Shown here piece by piece: positions 1-10,693 of a DNA stretch of 64,000 nucleotides. Each line of letters starts with the position of its first letter. The stretch's first letter is position 1. A program made the position numbers and the translations under genes. The notes under the pieces are model-generated. The model was not told where the DNA came from, made no database searches, and worked only from the letters and a program-made list of their open reading frames with translations. The stretch is from Alphaproteobacteria bacterium (GTDB taxonomy: Bacteria > Pseudomonadota > Alphaproteobacteria > JAPYRI01), in the NCBI GenBank assembly GCA_029941135.1, contig JAPYRI010000001.1, positions 6,275 through 70,274 on the forward strand. The letters are read 5' to 3'.

Positions 1-279
<279 letters not shown>

Positions 280-380
280 TCAACAGCCATCCCCAACCCG
301 GAAGCGGTGTATATCAAGCGTATTTCGATTCGTACAGGATAAACATAAAGAAATCTTTATATATTTATCAAGCCCTTGAA

Positions 381-737
381 TTAGAGGATAGTGAGCACGT
401 CTTCCGGCGGGCGTCCAAGGGCGGCTTTGCCATTTGCGAGGACGACTGGACGCTCAATTAAAATCGGGTTGGCAACCATGAGTGCAATCAGCGCGGCTCG
501 ATCAAGCGCCTGGTTATCAGCGCCAGAATTTTTGTATGCGGCTTCTTTGCGACGCATTAATTCCCGAGGTTCCTTGCCGAGCAACCCAAGAATCTGATCC
601 AGAGTTACGGCGCTAGGTGGGATCTTCAAATACTCAATAACAGACGGCTTGATGCCTCTACTCTGCAATAAAGCTAGGGTCTGCCGAGACTTGCTACATT
701 TCGGATTATGGTAGATGACGACCTCTGACAACTGCAC
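381..737 (-). CDS. arsC: Arsenate reductase, glutaredoxin-dependent ArsC family (Spx/ArsC/YffB fold).
   Basis: 118 aa. The N-terminal stretch VVIYHNPKCSKSRQTLALL aligns with the E. coli R773 ArsC catalytic Cys12 region (IYHNPACGTSRNTL). The C-terminal ILIERPVV...LGRPPEDVLTIL also matches ArsC. Confidence 0.75.
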   Translation of the reverse strand: MQLSEVVIYHNPKCSKSRQTLALLQSRGIKPSVIEYLKIPPSAVTLDQILGLLGKEPRELMRRKEAAYKNSGADNQALDRAALIALMVANPILIERPVVLANGKAALGRPPEDVLTIL

Positions 738-773
738 CTCCTGAAAAGAATTCTTTGGCGTGCCGTGTTTGCC

Positions 774-1823
774 TCAGCGCCAGTCCGCCCGGTCAAACAC
801 TTTGATGGCATCGGCGTTATGGCGAGCCAGTACGGCAATGTCTAGGACATCAGATTTAAAGTCCCCCAAGGCCGCCAACGACTCTGCAATAGGAACACCA
901 TCTTTGATGGGGTACTCGAACGTACTCTCGGCATATATGCGTTGAGCCTCGTCGCTTACCAGAAATTCGATGAGTTTAATTGCGTTGTCGCGATTTTTGG
1001 CACTGGATGTAACCCCGGCACCGCTAATGTTCACATGGGCACCGCGCCCGTTCTGGTTAGGCCAGAATAGAGTGACTTTGGAGGCGGCTTCCGCTTCCTC
1101 GGGCTTTTTCGAATTCAACATGCGAGCATAATAGTATGTATTGGCGATGGCGATATCGCACTGCCCGGCGGCCACCGCTTTAATCTGATCCCGGTCTCCG
1201 CCTTGCGGCTTGCGCGCCATGTTGGCCACCACACTCCGGGCCCAGTTCTCAGCCGCCTCGGCACTCGAATGGGCGATCATGGAAGCGAGCAGGGATTGGT
1301 TGTAAACGTTGGACGACGACCGGACGCAAATACGTCCGCGCCATTTCAGATTGGTTAGGTCTTCGTAAGTGGAAAGGTCGTCTGTTGACGCACGATTCGG
1401 GGCGAAAAATATGACCCGGGAGCGCATTGACAGCCCAAACCAAAAGCCTTCCGGGTCCCGGTATCGGGCGGGGATCATTTTTTCCAATAGGAGCGACTTG
1501 ACCGATTGAAATACGCCGGCATCCTTGGCCCGAATTAGACGACCCGCATCAACGGTCAAGAGCACATCAGCCGGGCTATTAGCGCCTTCACTTTTCAATC
1601 GCTCGAGCAAAGCATCAGCCCTGCCGCTAACCAAATTAACCTTAATCCCACTTTGTTCAGTGAAAGCGTCCAGCAAAGGCCGGATCAATATTTCTTGCCG
1701 GTAAGAGTAAATGTTTACTTCGCCGTTACGTGCGTGACCATTCTCCATGACCACGGGCACGACGTAAGTCGCAATCCCGATGACAACAAGACCGAAGAGT
1801 GCAGCAAGTAGACTCTTTTTCAT
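774..1823 (-). CDS. Fe(3+) ABC transporter periplasmic substrate-binding protein (FbpA/AfuA family).
   Basis: 349 aa with an N-terminal signal/TM segment (MKKSLLAALFGLVVIGIATYVV). The mature part has typical ferric-binding-protein-family composition (…IYSYRQEILIRPLLDAFTEQSGIKVNLVSG…). No permease or ATPase partner is in the window. Confidence 0.7.
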   Translation of the reverse strand: MKKSLLAALFGLVVIGIATYVVPVVMENGHARNGEVNIYSYRQEILIRPLLDAFTEQSGIKVNLVSGRADALLERLKSEGANSPADVLLTVDAGRLIRAKDAGVFQSVKSLLLEKMIPARYRDPEGFWFGLSMRSRVIFFAPNRASTDDLSTYEDLTNLKWRGRICVRSSSNVYNQSLLASMIAHSSAEAAENWARSVVANMARKPQGGDRDQIKAVAAGQCDIAIANTYYYARMLNSKKPEEAEAASKVTLFWPNQNGRGAHVNISGAGVTSSAKNRDNAIKLIEFLVSDEAQRIYAESTFEYPIKDGVPIAESLAALGDFKSDVLDIAVLARHNADAIKVFDRADWR

Positions 1824-1856
1824 GCTTTCCCCCTTATTTGCCCGACTTGACGACTT

Positions 1857-2951
1857 TCACGCCACGTCTAGGCCAACCGCGTCGCCTACATTTGCGAATC
1901 CGTCTTGCGCCAGCAATTTTTCCAGTTCGAGTTTAATCCGGTGCGCGAGTTGCGGTCCCTCAAATATTAATGCCGAATAGAGCTGTACCAATGAAGCACC
2001 AGACCTGATTTTACAATAAGCCTCCGCGCCGTTGGATATTCCGCCTACTCCCACTAGAGGCACCCGTCCTTCGGTTAGCTGATACATCTCGCGCAACAAT
2101 TCGTTCGAGGTTTCGAACAAGGGCGCTCCGCTTAAGCCCCCTTTTTCTCCGGAATGCGGACCATGAAGACGCTCGCGACCATCGGTTGTTGTGTTGGAAA
2201 TGATCAGCCCATCAACGCCTCGGCTTAAAACCACTGTCGCGATATCCTGCCGGGCTGCAAGGTCTAAGTCGGGTGAAATTTTGATCAGCACTGGCGTTGG
2301 CACACCATCCGCCGCCAGCCTTGAGCGCGCGTCAAGTAACCGCAAAACCAGACCATCCAATGCCGCTCGTGCCTGCAAATCTCGAAGGCCCGGTGTATTC
2401 GGCGAGGACACATTAACGACAAAATAGTCTGCATCACCATAGAGACCGACAAATCCACTGACGTAGTCGGCCGTAGGATCCCGGCTGTCGCGGTTGGCGC
2501 CGAGGTTAATACCGACAATACCGTGCGACTTTATCGGCCGCGCCCGCAAACGAGCGCGCATGGCATCGACACCCAGATTGTTAAATCCCAGTCGGTTGAT
2601 AATCGCCCTGTCCGCATCCAACCGGAAAAGTCTCGGTTTGGGGTTACCTGGTTGAGGCTGAGGCGTCACACTACCCACTTCAACAAATCCAAACCCTTGT
2701 TCGAGCATCCTGTCGGGGACTTCGGCGTTCTTGTCGAATCCCGCCGCCAAGCCAATCGGGTTATCAAAATTTAGCCCGAAAACCTTGGTCTGTAGGCGAG
2801 GCAAATTACATTGAGGCGCGCGCGGTAACAGACCTGTCGCCAGCGCAGTCAGCGCCAATTTGTGGGCGCGCTCCGGATCCAAAGACCAGAAAAGGAGCCG
2901 GGCAAGGGGGTAAAAGTTCGCCATATGAATTGGTCGTCCTTTTGGTCGCAC
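1857..2951 (-). CDS. pyrD: Dihydroorotate dehydrogenase (quinone), class 2.
   Basis: Contains the class-2 PyrD N-terminus (FYPLARLLFWSLDPERAHKLALTAL), then GLNFDNPIGLAAGFDKNAEV… and the C-terminal FMN-binding block (GLIISNTT…GGLSGAPL…LVGVGGISNGAEAYCKIRSGASLVQLYSALIFEGP). The true start is probably the internal ATG at 2924 (MANFYPL…). Confidence 0.85.
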   Translation of the reverse strand: MRPKGRPIHMANFYPLARLLFWSLDPERAHKLALTALATGLLPRAPQCNLPRLQTKVFGLNFDNPIGLAAGFDKNAEVPDRMLEQGFGFVEVGSVTPQPQPGNPKPRLFRLDADRAIINRLGFNNLGVDAMRARLRARPIKSHGIVGINLGANRDSRDPTADYVSGFVGLYGDADYFVVNVSSPNTPGLRDLQARAALDGLVLRLLDARSRLAADGVPTPVLIKISPDLDLAARQDIATVVLSRGVDGLIISNTTTDGRERLHGPHSGEKGGLSGAPLFETSNELLREMYQLTEGRVPLVGVGGISNGAEAYCKIRSGASLVQLYSALIFEGPQLAHRIKLELEKLLAQDGFANVGDAVGLDVA

Positions 2952-2980
2952 CTAAATGCGTCTTTCTCCTCAATCGCGAT

Positions 2981-4573
2981 TTAATCCGCCTTTGGGTCCT
3001 TGGTCATATCGTCCCCCGCCAATGCCCGGCGTATCAAAGCCATAGATTCTTCAACCCCATACAGGGCAAAAAACGAGCCTATACGGGGACCCTGGCTTTG
3101 TCCGAACAGAACTTCGTATAGCGCCCGGAACCAATCCCTCAGGTTGTCGAAGCCGTTCTCCTTACCGACCTCATAAACCTCGTGCTGCAGGGTTTCGCCA
3201 TCTTCGCCTTTCAGTCCTTCCATTCGAAGGACGAGATCTTCCATTGCTATCCGCTCCTGATCTGTCGGCGCACGGTACTTCTTGTTCGGCTTCACAAAAT
3301 CCTGATAGTAGGAAATTGCATTGCCGAGCAAGTTATCAAGTATCCGATGGTTTTCGGGTGTCGCGTTGGGATCGTAACGGCTGATGAATCCCCAAAGAAC
3401 TGCCTTATCCTCTGAATTACAAGCACTCGCCAGATTAAGCAGGATCGAAAAGCTTAGCGGCACTTTTTCGCTCGGCGGGCTACCGCGATGTATATGCCAA
3501 ACCGGATTGCCTAAGTGTTCCTTGTCGTCCTGGTCCGGATAACGGTGGAGATGGGTGATGTACTCGTCCACATTTTTGGGGATGACGTCAAAGAAAAGGC
3601 GTTTGGCTTTTTTGGGATTTTGAAACATGTAAAGCGAGAGACTTTCCGGCGGCGCGTGCCGCAACCATTCGTCAATGGTGAGGCCGTTGCCCTTAGACTT
3701 CGATATTTTAGCGCCTTCTTCGTCCAAGAATAACTCGTAGGCGAAACCGTCCGGTGGATTGCCTCCAAGGATGCGGCATATGCGGTTGGATAGGCGGACC
3801 GAGTCAATTAAATCCTTGCCGTACATTTCGTAATCCACATCCAAAGCCGCCCAGCGCATGGCCCAGTCTGCCTTCCACTGGAGCTTGCAATGGCCGCCCG
3901 TGACCGGCACTTCAACTCGGTTACCCTGATCTTCGTAGACGATCGTGCCGGCATCCACATTGCACTCAACAACCGGCACCTGGAGCACTACCCCGGTGTT
4001 CGGACAGAGCGGCAGAAAAGGGCTGTAAGTCGCCTGCCGTTCCGCGCCCAGCGTCGGTAAAATAACCTCGATCACCTCGTCATAGTTGGCAAGGACGTTA
4101 AGCAGTGTTTCATCAAGGGCGCCGGATCGATATTGCTCGGTCGCACTCTTAAACTCATAGTCAAACTCGAAGGCATCTAAAAACGCACGCAGACGCGCAT
4201 TGTTGTGGTGTCCCAAACTTTCGTGAGTGCCAAAGGGGTCAGGAACCGCCGTCAATGGTTTACCCAGGTGTTGCGCCAGCATCTCCTGATTGGGCAGATT
4301 GTCTGGAACCTTGCGAAACCCATCCATATCGTCCGAATAGGCAAACAAACGAGTAGGAATATCGCTCATAAGCGAAAACGCGTGCTGTACCATGGTCGTT
4401 CGCGCAACTTCGCCGAAAGTTCCAATGTGGGGCAAACCACTGGGCCCATAGCCGGTTTCAAGCAGCGCATAGCCTTTGGTAGGCGGGCTTTTGGTCAAGC
4501 GCTGAACCAATTTGCGGGCCTCGATAAAGGGCCAGGCCTTTGCATCATCAGGAATAATCATGGGAGCAGACAT
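2981..4573 (-). CDS. lysK: Lysine--tRNA ligase, class I (archaeal-type LysRS found in alphaproteobacteria).
   Basis: HIGH-type motif PHIGTFGE and a KMSKS-type motif KISKSKGN. Reading from the internal start [16 protein letters not shown] (ATG at 4571-4573) gives about 530 aa, which fits class-I LysRS. The ORF-track call 2981..5053 adds 160 non-conserved N-terminal residues that run into the divergent intergenic region. Confidence 0.8.
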   Translation of the reverse strand: MSAPMIIPDDAKAWPFIEARKLVQRLTKSPPTKGYALLETGYGPSGLPHIGTFGEVARTTMVQHAFSLMSDIPTRLFAYSDDMDGFRKVPDNLPNQEMLAQHLGKPLTAVPDPFGTHESLGHHNNARLRAFLDAFEFDYEFKSATEQYRSGALDETLLNVLANYDEVIEVILPTLGAERQATYSPFLPLCPNTGVVLQVPVVECNVDAGTIVYEDQGNRVEVPVTGGHCKLQWKADWAMRWAALDVDYEMYGKDLIDSVRLSNRICRILGGNPPDGFAYELFLDEEGAKISKSKGNGLTIDEWLRHAPPESLSLYMFQNPKKAKRLFFDVIPKNVDEYITHLHRYPDQDDKEHLGNPVWHIHRGSPPSEKVPLSFSILLNLASACNSEDKAVLWGFISRYDPNATPENHRILDNLLGNAISYYQDFVKPNKKYRAPTDQERIAMEDLVLRMEGLKGEDGETLQHEVYEVGKENGFDNLRDWFRALYEVLFGQSQGPRIGSFFALYGVEESMALIRRALAGDDMTKDPKAD

Positions 4574-4751
4574 GGACAAACCTTTTTGGGGCACCGCGTG
4601 GCCAAGTGCCGGAAACCTAGGCTGCCAGCGGAGTATCGTCAACTTGGCCAGAACAATCAAATGGGAACATTGAGCGAACCTTGCATGGCGGGCCGACAAT
4701 CGCGCCGTTATACTCCAGCGCCATGACATCCAATCACCGGTTTTCACCAAC

Positions 4752-7514
4752 ATGACCCCGTCGCAGATCACAATGCCGGATGCCCCGGTTCTGGTAGCTG
4801 GGCACAAACGCGCGATCTTGATCAGTCTTGATGGTGAGGTACAAGAGCTCGACGCCGGCGCCGCAGCCAAAATTGTTGCCGGCAAGCAAATCATTGTCTG
4901 CCATGGTGCGGTTACCGTCAGGCGGCTGGGCGTGACTTCGGCAAAGGCTCCAGAAACACTGATTGACGTCCTGCAGTTGTTCGCGTTCGTACGCCCAGCG
5001 GCCTTTTGTCTGCCCACGCCAGGAGGAGTTTCTTTGGCCCTTGGGCTCAACATCGGCCCATCTCTTGAAGACCAAGCGATGGGAATTTTGGCAACCGCGC
5101 GCGCCTTGCTTGCCGAACTTACTCAACCCCAATATCCCGACCGCGAAGCAACGGCCCGCCTTGCCATGACCATGGCACAAGCAGGCTGGCCCTGGGGTAC
5201 GTCGGTTTTGGCCGCTTTGGGGGTACCTCAAAAATCGACCGGTGCCTTAGGCGGACTCGACGTATGGCTTCGACTACCAGAATGGGAGGAACGCCCGCCT
5301 GAGCCGGCAGTCGCGGAACACCCCGTCAATCCTGATGAAACCCGCCTGAGACTGCAAGCCCTGCTCGACCCCACCGCTGAGTTGCGCCCGCAACAATCGA
5401 ACTACGCCGCCGGAATAGCGTCTGGTTTCTCGCCGCGCGACGATACGGACGCTCCCAATATTGTTCTCGCCGAAGCCGGGACCGGCATTGGCAAAACTCT
5501 TGGATACATTGCCCCGGCCAGCCTATGGACCGAGCGTAATCAGGGGGCGATTTGGTTTTCTACTTACACCAAAAACCTACAACGGCAAATTGATCAAGAA
5601 TTGAGCCGTTTGTATCCGGATCCAACCGAAAAAGCCCGTAAAGCTGTTATTCGTAAGGGCCGGGAGAATTATTTGTGCCTGCTCAATTTTGAGGAAGCAG
5701 TGGCCCGCAATCGCGCTAGCGGCAACACGATTACTTTGGCCCTTTTAGCACGCTGGGCCGGTTACAGCCGGGATGGTGACATGGTCGGAGGTGACTACCC
5801 TGCATGGCTCGAGAACTTGGGTGAGGGCACGCGATTGGGCGGGCTTACTGACCGGCGTGGAGAATGCATCTATTTCGCCTGCGCTCACTATCGAAAATGC
5901 TTCATTGAGCGCGCCGTACGCCGGGCGCGAAAGGCCGACATTGTGGTCGCCAACCATGCCTTAGTCATGACCCAGGCGGTTGCTCGCGCGCGCGATTTAG
6001 AAGAAGGCACTGAGCGCGCTGATCTCCCTACGCATTATGTGTTTGATGAAGGCCACCACGTGTTCGATGCCGCCGACAGCGCTTTTTCAGCTTGTTTAAG
6101 TGGTCAGGAGACGGCCGAACTGCGGCGCTGGATCCGAGGTCCGGAAGGCCGCCGTGCCCGCCGGGGCCGAGGTCTGGAAAAGCGGGTTGGTGATCTGGTC
6201 GCGGGCGATGGCGAAGCGGAATACGCCCTAAATCAGGCCACGCTGGCCGCTGCCAAGCTACCTGGTGAGGGATGGCTTGCCCGTGTCGCAGGAGAGGGAT
6301 CACCCACTGGACCAGCGGAGAAATTTTTGCATGCGGTCCACAATCTGGTACGCGCTCGAAATCCGGATGACGGTTCATTCTATGGCCTCGAGGCTGCCAA
6401 CACCGAACCGCCCGAGGATTTAATCGATGCCGCTGCTTTGTTAGGTGACACATTACTCTCACTCGCAAAACCGCTTGGGGACCTCGCAAAAGCGCTCCAC
6501 GAAAAGTTAAACGATGACGCTGCTCAATTGGATGCCGCAACTCGGGGACGGATTGATGCCGTAGCTCGCAGTTTGCGGAAAAGGATTGAGTTCGGCCTGA
6601 CACCTTGGCGGGACATGCTGTCCGATCTCGGCGCTACTACTCCGGACGCTTTTGTTGACTGGTTTTCGGTACAACGTCGTGCGGGACGGGACACTGACAT
6701 CGGATTTCACCGTCACTGGATTGACCCTACACAGCCCTTCACCACGGCTGTATTGGATCAATGCCACGGGGCGGTAATAACTTCCGCTACATTGCGCGAC
6801 CGGAGCCCCGATGCGGACGACGATTGGGCCAGCGCCGAAGTGCGCACCGGCGCCTTGCATTTGGTAAAACCCCCGGTTCGATTGGCCATCCCATCTCCGT
6901 TTGACTATGCAGCGCAAACCCGGGTTCTGGTCGTGACCGACGTGCGCGGTGGCAGTTCAGATCAGTTGGCTGCCGCCTATCGCGAATTATTTAAGGCTGC
7001 AGGCGGCGGAGCGTTAGGCTTGTTCACCTCTATTGCCCGGCTACGGGCGGTCCACGAACGCATTGCGTCGCCGTTGGATGAAATGGGCTTGCCGCTTTAC
7101 GCACAGCACGTTGATGCCATGGATACCGGCACCTTGGTGGACATATTCCGCGCCGAAACGGATGCCTGTTTGTTGGGAACAGATGCGGTTCGCGACGGTG
7201 TTGACGTCCCGGGAAGGTCGCTGCGGCTTATCGTTTACGACCGTGTGCCCTGGCCGCGTCCGGATTTGCTGCATCGAGCACGGAAAAAAGCGTTTGGCAG
7301 CCGCGCCTACGACGACATGATAACTCGTTTACGCCTTAAGCAAGCTTTTGGACGATTGTTGCGGCGCGCCACCGACCGGGGAATGTTTGTCATGCTGGAT
7401 TCGCGCATGCCGTCACGGCTGGCCACAGCCTTTCCCGAAGGGCTGACGATTGAACGCGTGGGATTAGCGGAAGCAATTGCCGAAACGGCGACATTCTCGG
7501 CGGTTGGCTCATAA
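4752..7514 (+). CDS. ATP-dependent DNA helicase, DinG/XPD (Rad3) family, with a roughly 230-aa N-terminal extension of unknown function.
   Basis: 920 aa. Walker A ([13 protein letters not shown]), a DEAH-like box ([10 protein letters not shown]) and a four-Cys Fe-S module (CLLNF…[13 protein letters not shown]) sit between helicase motifs I and II. The C-terminal helicase domain is conserved (VITSATL…, GLFTS…). Confidence 0.75.
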   Translation: MTPSQITMPDAPVLVAGHKRAILISLDGEVQELDAGAAAKIVAGKQIIVCHGAVTVRRLGVTSAKAPETLIDVLQLFAFVRPAAFCLPTPGGVSLALGLNIGPSLEDQAMGILATARALLAELTQPQYPDREATARLAMTMAQAGWPWGTSVLAALGVPQKSTGALGGLDVWLRLPEWEERPPEPAVAEHPVNPDETRLRLQALLDPTAELRPQQSNYAAGIASGFSPRDDTDAPNIVLAEAGTGIGKTLGYIAPASLWTERNQGAIWFSTYTKNLQRQIDQELSRLYPDPTEKARKAVIRKGRENYLCLLNFEEAVARNRASGNTITLALLARWAGYSRDGDMVGGDYPAWLENLGEGTRLGGLTDRRGECIYFACAHYRKCFIERAVRRARKADIVVANHALVMTQAVARARDLEEGTERADLPTHYVFDEGHHVFDAADSAFSACLSGQETAELRRWIRGPEGRRARRGRGLEKRVGDLVAGDGEAEYALNQATLAAAKLPGEGWLARVAGEGSPTGPAEKFLHAVHNLVRARNPDDGSFYGLEAANTEPPEDLIDAAALLGDTLLSLAKPLGDLAKALHEKLNDDAAQLDAATRGRIDAVARSLRKRIEFGLTPWRDMLSDLGATTPDAFVDWFSVQRRAGRDTDIGFHRHWIDPTQPFTTAVLDQCHGAVITSATLRDRSPDADDDWASAEVRTGALHLVKPPVRLAIPSPFDYAAQTRVLVVTDVRGGSSDQLAAAYRELFKAAGGGALGLFTSIARLRAVHERIASPLDEMGLPLYAQHVDAMDTGTLVDIFRAETDACLLGTDAVRDGVDVPGRSLRLIVYDRVPWPRPDLLHRARKKAFGSRAYDDMITRLRLKQAFGRLLRRATDRGMFVMLDSRMPSRLATAFPEGLTIERVGLAEAIAETATFSAVGS

Positions 7515-7632
7515 TCTGAAATCCTATGGTCCCTCCGCCAATTCAGGTACATTGGGGTTCTTGTTCTTGGCAATCATAAGCGAGCAAATAATGAGCTAAT
7601 CGGTTTCGCCGCAAACGGCGCTAATCTATCTC

Positions 7633-8004
7633 ATGGTCACGACTTCGGCGGCTGACTCCAATATGACCGATCGCGAACTCATGACCATGGGAGATATGGT
7701 CCGCATGTTACCCGTGTTCGAGGGCTTTGATCACGAGAGCATCGTCTCCGTCGCCGAAGAATGCGCGACCTTGCTGGACACCGATGACGGGTTGGATCAA
7801 GTATTGGATATGGTCGCAAATAGTCTCGCCGCACGCTTGCACGAAACCGCCTATGCGATTTGCTGCGATATTGTCGCCGCCGATGGCAACGCCGACCAAG
7901 AAGAACTGCGCATTCTTGAAATGGTTCGACACCGGCTGGACGTAGACCGTTTAGCGGCTGCCGGGATTGAGCGCGGGGCCCGCGCCCGCCACATGAAACT
8001 CTAG
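7633..8004 (+). CDS. TerB-like (tellurite-resistance TerB / DjlA N-domain family) small protein.
   Basis: 123 aa, acidic and helical. Shows the TerB-like pattern …TAYAICCDIVAADGNADQEELRILEMVRHRLDVD…. Confidence 0.5.
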   Translation: MVTTSAADSNMTDRELMTMGDMVRMLPVFEGFDHESIVSVAEECATLLDTDDGLDQVLDMVANSLAARLHETAYAICCDIVAADGNADQEELRILEMVRHRLDVDRLAAAGIERGARARHMKL

Positions 8005-8010
8005 GCCCGA

Positions 8011-8673
8011 TCAGCCCAACTCAGCAACAAATTCGGCAATTCCAGCAATCGCCTGCTGCCAATTTTGGTCCTGGGTGCGGCCAGATTTCTTGCGCGGCTT
8101 TAAATCGTGATCGCCGTCCTCGAGCCACAAAAAGTGGATGTGGGAGCTAAGGTCATACTCAGCAACTTGATCACATGTGCCGAAGGGGTCGCGGCTGCCT
8201 TGCACCACCAACATGGGCGTTTGCAGAGCCTTAAGATGTTCGGTCCGTAGTTTCTCCGGCTTTCCCGGCGGATGAAAAGGATAGCCCAGACAAACGACCC
8301 CCGCGACCGGCACACCAGAGTCAGATGCAGTTGCTGCGGCCATGGAGGCAATTCGTCCCCCCATGGACTTGCCACCGATAACCAGTCGATCCGCCGGGCC
8401 AAGGACGTCGATCACCCGAGCCCAGGCATCCAGCAAAACCGGCGGGCGGTCAGGACCACGTTTTTTTCCATCTACGCGGCGCCCGGCCATATAAGGAAAC
8501 TCGAAGCGCGCCACACGTACCCCGTGCGCACCGAGCGCACCCGCAAACGTTGTCAAAAATGGACTGTCCATGGGAGCGCCCGCCCCATGGGCCAAGACCA
8601 GTGTGCGTCCGGAATTAAACCCCGACCCGCCACCTGGTCCGTCAAACAGGAAATTCACCCCCTGTTCACTCAC
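8011..8673 (-). CDS. Alpha/beta-fold hydrolase (dienelactone-hydrolase / KANL3-Tex30-like predicted hydrolase).
   Basis: 220 aa. G-x-S-x-G nucleophile elbow (IGGKSMGGRIASM), an HGAGAPMDSP motif, and late Asp/His residues (…QGSRDPFG…GDHDLKP). Confidence 0.6.
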   Translation of the reverse strand: MSEQGVNFLFDGPGGGSGFNSGRTLVLAHGAGAPMDSPFLTTFAGALGAHGVRVARFEFPYMAGRRVDGKKRGPDRPPVLLDAWARVIDVLGPADRLVIGGKSMGGRIASMAAATASDSGVPVAGVVCLGYPFHPPGKPEKLRTEHLKALQTPMLVVQGSRDPFGTCDQVAEYDLSSHIHFLWLEDGDHDLKPRKKSGRTQDQNWQQAIAGIAEFVAELG

Positions 8674-8834
8674 ATAGGCCTCTCAATCGTTCAATTTTCC
8701 ACACGCCACCAGACCCTGTATAACCCAATCTCGGTAAGACAGTATAAGCGCACGGGGAGGACGGCAGGACAGGCTGCTAAATCAGCATTATTCTACGTAC
8801 TCCCTAAAAACTCGGAAACAGAAAACGTAATTCT

Positions 8835-9698
8835 ATGTCACCCGCTTCCCCCAGTTATGTCCTTAAATTGTTGTGCCCCGACCGCATGGGAATTGTCGCC
8901 GGGGTTTCCGGTTTTTTGGCCGAACAGGACTGTAATATTGTCGAATCGTCGCATTTCGGCGATGAAAATACTGAAAAATTCTTCATGCGTGCGGTGTTTG
9001 TGTCGGGGAACGGAACGCCCATTCTTGAACATTTACAGGCCGCTTTTGCGGCGATTGGCAATTGCTTCAAAATTGATTGGGCAATGCACAGTCAGTCCAC
9101 GACACAACGCGTGATGATCCTGGTGTCCAAGATCGATCACTATCTGAACGATCTTCTATACCGTTATCGGACCGGCAAGATCGCCATGGAGATCCCGGCA
9201 GTCGTGTCAAATCATCCGGATCTAAAACCCCTTGCGGACTTTCACGGCATACCCTTTCACCATTTGCCGGTGACAGCCGACACCAAGCCCGAGCAAGAAG
9301 CCAAACTCATGAATCTGGTTGAAGAAACCGGCACGGAGCTGCTGGTGCTGGCCCGCTATATGCAAATATTGACCGATGATTTTTGCAGCAAACTCTCCGG
9401 GCGCATCATCAACATTCATCACTCGTTTCTACCGAGCTTCAAGGGGGCAAAACCTTATCACCAAGCCCCCGACAAAGGCGTAAAGCTGATCGGTGCCACC
9501 GCCCATTACGTAACCCCATCATTGGACGAAGGCCCGATCATTGAGCAAGATACAGTGCGGGTCAGCCACGTTCACACGGCCGAGCAAATGGTCACGCTCG
9601 GCAGTAACGTGGAAAATATCGTTCTTGCGCGGGCGGTCTCCTACCATTTGGAGCATCGGGTGTTATTGAACGGCAGCAAAACTGTGGTGTTCGCATGA
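8835..9698 (+). CDS. purU: Formyltetrahydrofolate deformylase.
   Basis: 287 aa. N-terminal ACT domain (YVLKLLCPDRMGIVAGVSGFLAEQDCNIVE) followed by a formyl-transferase domain (…INIHHSFLPSFKGAKPYHQA…GATAHYVT…LDEGPIIEQD). Confidence 0.9.
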   Translation: MSPASPSYVLKLLCPDRMGIVAGVSGFLAEQDCNIVESSHFGDENTEKFFMRAVFVSGNGTPILEHLQAAFAAIGNCFKIDWAMHSQSTTQRVMILVSKIDHYLNDLLYRYRTGKIAMEIPAVVSNHPDLKPLADFHGIPFHHLPVTADTKPEQEAKLMNLVEETGTELLVLARYMQILTDDFCSKLSGRIINIHHSFLPSFKGAKPYHQAPDKGVKLIGATAHYVTPSLDEGPIIEQDTVRVSHVHTAEQMVTLGSNVENIVLARAVSYHLEHRVLLNGSKTVVFA

Positions 9699-10684
9699 TC
9701 CGCTGTCTGTCGAATATTTTGCTCATCGTTGGCTGGATTTCAACCTCTGCATTGGCTTATGCGGAGACAACGGATCTCCCCGATGTTCGCGTGGGTGTGC
9801 TCAGATTTGGCACCGTAAACTGGGAAACAGATGTCATCGCCCACCACAAATTGGACCAAGCCAACGGCTTCTCCCTCACCGTCCTCCCTTATGCGTCGAA
9901 TCAGGCCAGTCATGTTGCTCTGCAAGCCGGGGAAGCCCAAGTGATTGTCGCCGATTGGTTGCTGGCCGCACGCATGCAAGCAAGTGGCGCCGACATGACA
10001 TTTGTGCCTTATTCAACCGCCATCGGCTCGATGATGGTGCCCGGCGATACGGCAATCAAGAGTCTTGCCGATCTGAAAGGCAAGCGTGTGGGGATTGCCG
10101 GCGGTCCGCTCGACAAAAGCTGGTTGCTGTTGCGCGCGGAGACGCAGGCAAAGTTAGGATTTGATTTGGCCGATGAAGTTGAAGCAGTGTTTGGAGCACC
10201 GCCCCTGTTGAATGAGGAGCTGAAAGCAGGGCGATTGGACGCGCTGCTGACCTATTGGCACTATGCAGCAAAACTCCAAGTCGCCGGGATGCGCCGAATG
10301 GTGTCGGTCGCAGACGTGGCCCGTCAAATGGGCGGCGGGGCCGTGATGCCTTCCCTGGGGTTTGTGTTTTCCAACGCCTGGGCCAAAGCCAACCCAAAGG
10401 CAATTGCCGGTTTGATCTCGGCTTCGCGGGCAGCCAAACAAATTATGGCCCAGTCGGATACTGAGTGGGACCGACTGCAACCGCTGTTGAAGTCCGACGA
10501 TGCCGCAACCCGCGATGCCCTGCGGGATAGCTTCCGAACCGGCATTCCAAAAAGCTGGGGGCCAGCGGAAAGGCGCGGCGCCGCCAAAGTGTTTATGATC
10601 ATGCGCCAAATGGGCGGGGACACATTCACCGGACGGGTCCTCTCTCTGCCAGACGAAACGTTTTGGCTTAACGCCGATTTCTGA
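9695..10684 (+). CDS. ABC transporter substrate-binding protein, NMT1/THI5-like (nitrate/sulfonate/bicarbonate SsuA/TauA family).
   Basis: 329 aa with a signal peptide (MIRCLSNILLIVGWISTSALAYA). The start ATG overlaps the purU stop (ATGA at 9695-9698). It is followed by a cognate permease and ATPase. Confidence 0.7.
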   Translation: MIRCLSNILLIVGWISTSALAYAETTDLPDVRVGVLRFGTVNWETDVIAHHKLDQANGFSLTVLPYASNQASHVALQAGEAQVIVADWLLAARMQASGADMTFVPYSTAIGSMMVPGDTAIKSLADLKGKRVGIAGGPLDKSWLLLRAETQAKLGFDLADEVEAVFGAPPLLNEELKAGRLDALLTYWHYAAKLQVAGMRRMVSVADVARQMGGGAVMPSLGFVFSNAWAKANPKAIAGLISASRAAKQIMAQSDTEWDRLQPLLKSDDAATRDALRDSFRTGIPKSWGPAERRGAAKVFMIMRQMGGDTFTGRVLSLPDETFWLNADF

Positions 10685-10693
10685 ACCCAAACC

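Noticed and set aside
4205-4726. 173-aa ORF on the + strand
   Set aside because: Antisense to the well-conserved class-I lysK. High-GC genomes produce long spurious antisense frames. There are no motifs.
4574-5053. N-terminal 160 aa of the ORF-track product 2981..5053
   Set aside because: Non-conserved extension that reads through the lysK/helicase divergent promoter region. The LysRS homology starts at the ATG at 4573, so lysK should end there.
5745-6917. Several 60-190-aa antisense ORFs within the DinG-like helicase gene
   Set aside because: Low-complexity Arg/Pro-rich translations typical of antisense frames in GC-rich coding DNA.
8674-8834. ZTP (pfl) or other riboswitch upstream of purU
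   Set aside because: None of the conserved ZTP blocks (GGGUCGUGAC…CCGGGCGCACC…CCGCCUGGGCA) is present. It is only a generic GC-rich leader.
8272-9114. 280-aa ORF spanning the hydrolase-purU intergenic region
   Set aside because: It overlaps two well-supported genes on both strands and its translation is low-complexity. Spurious.
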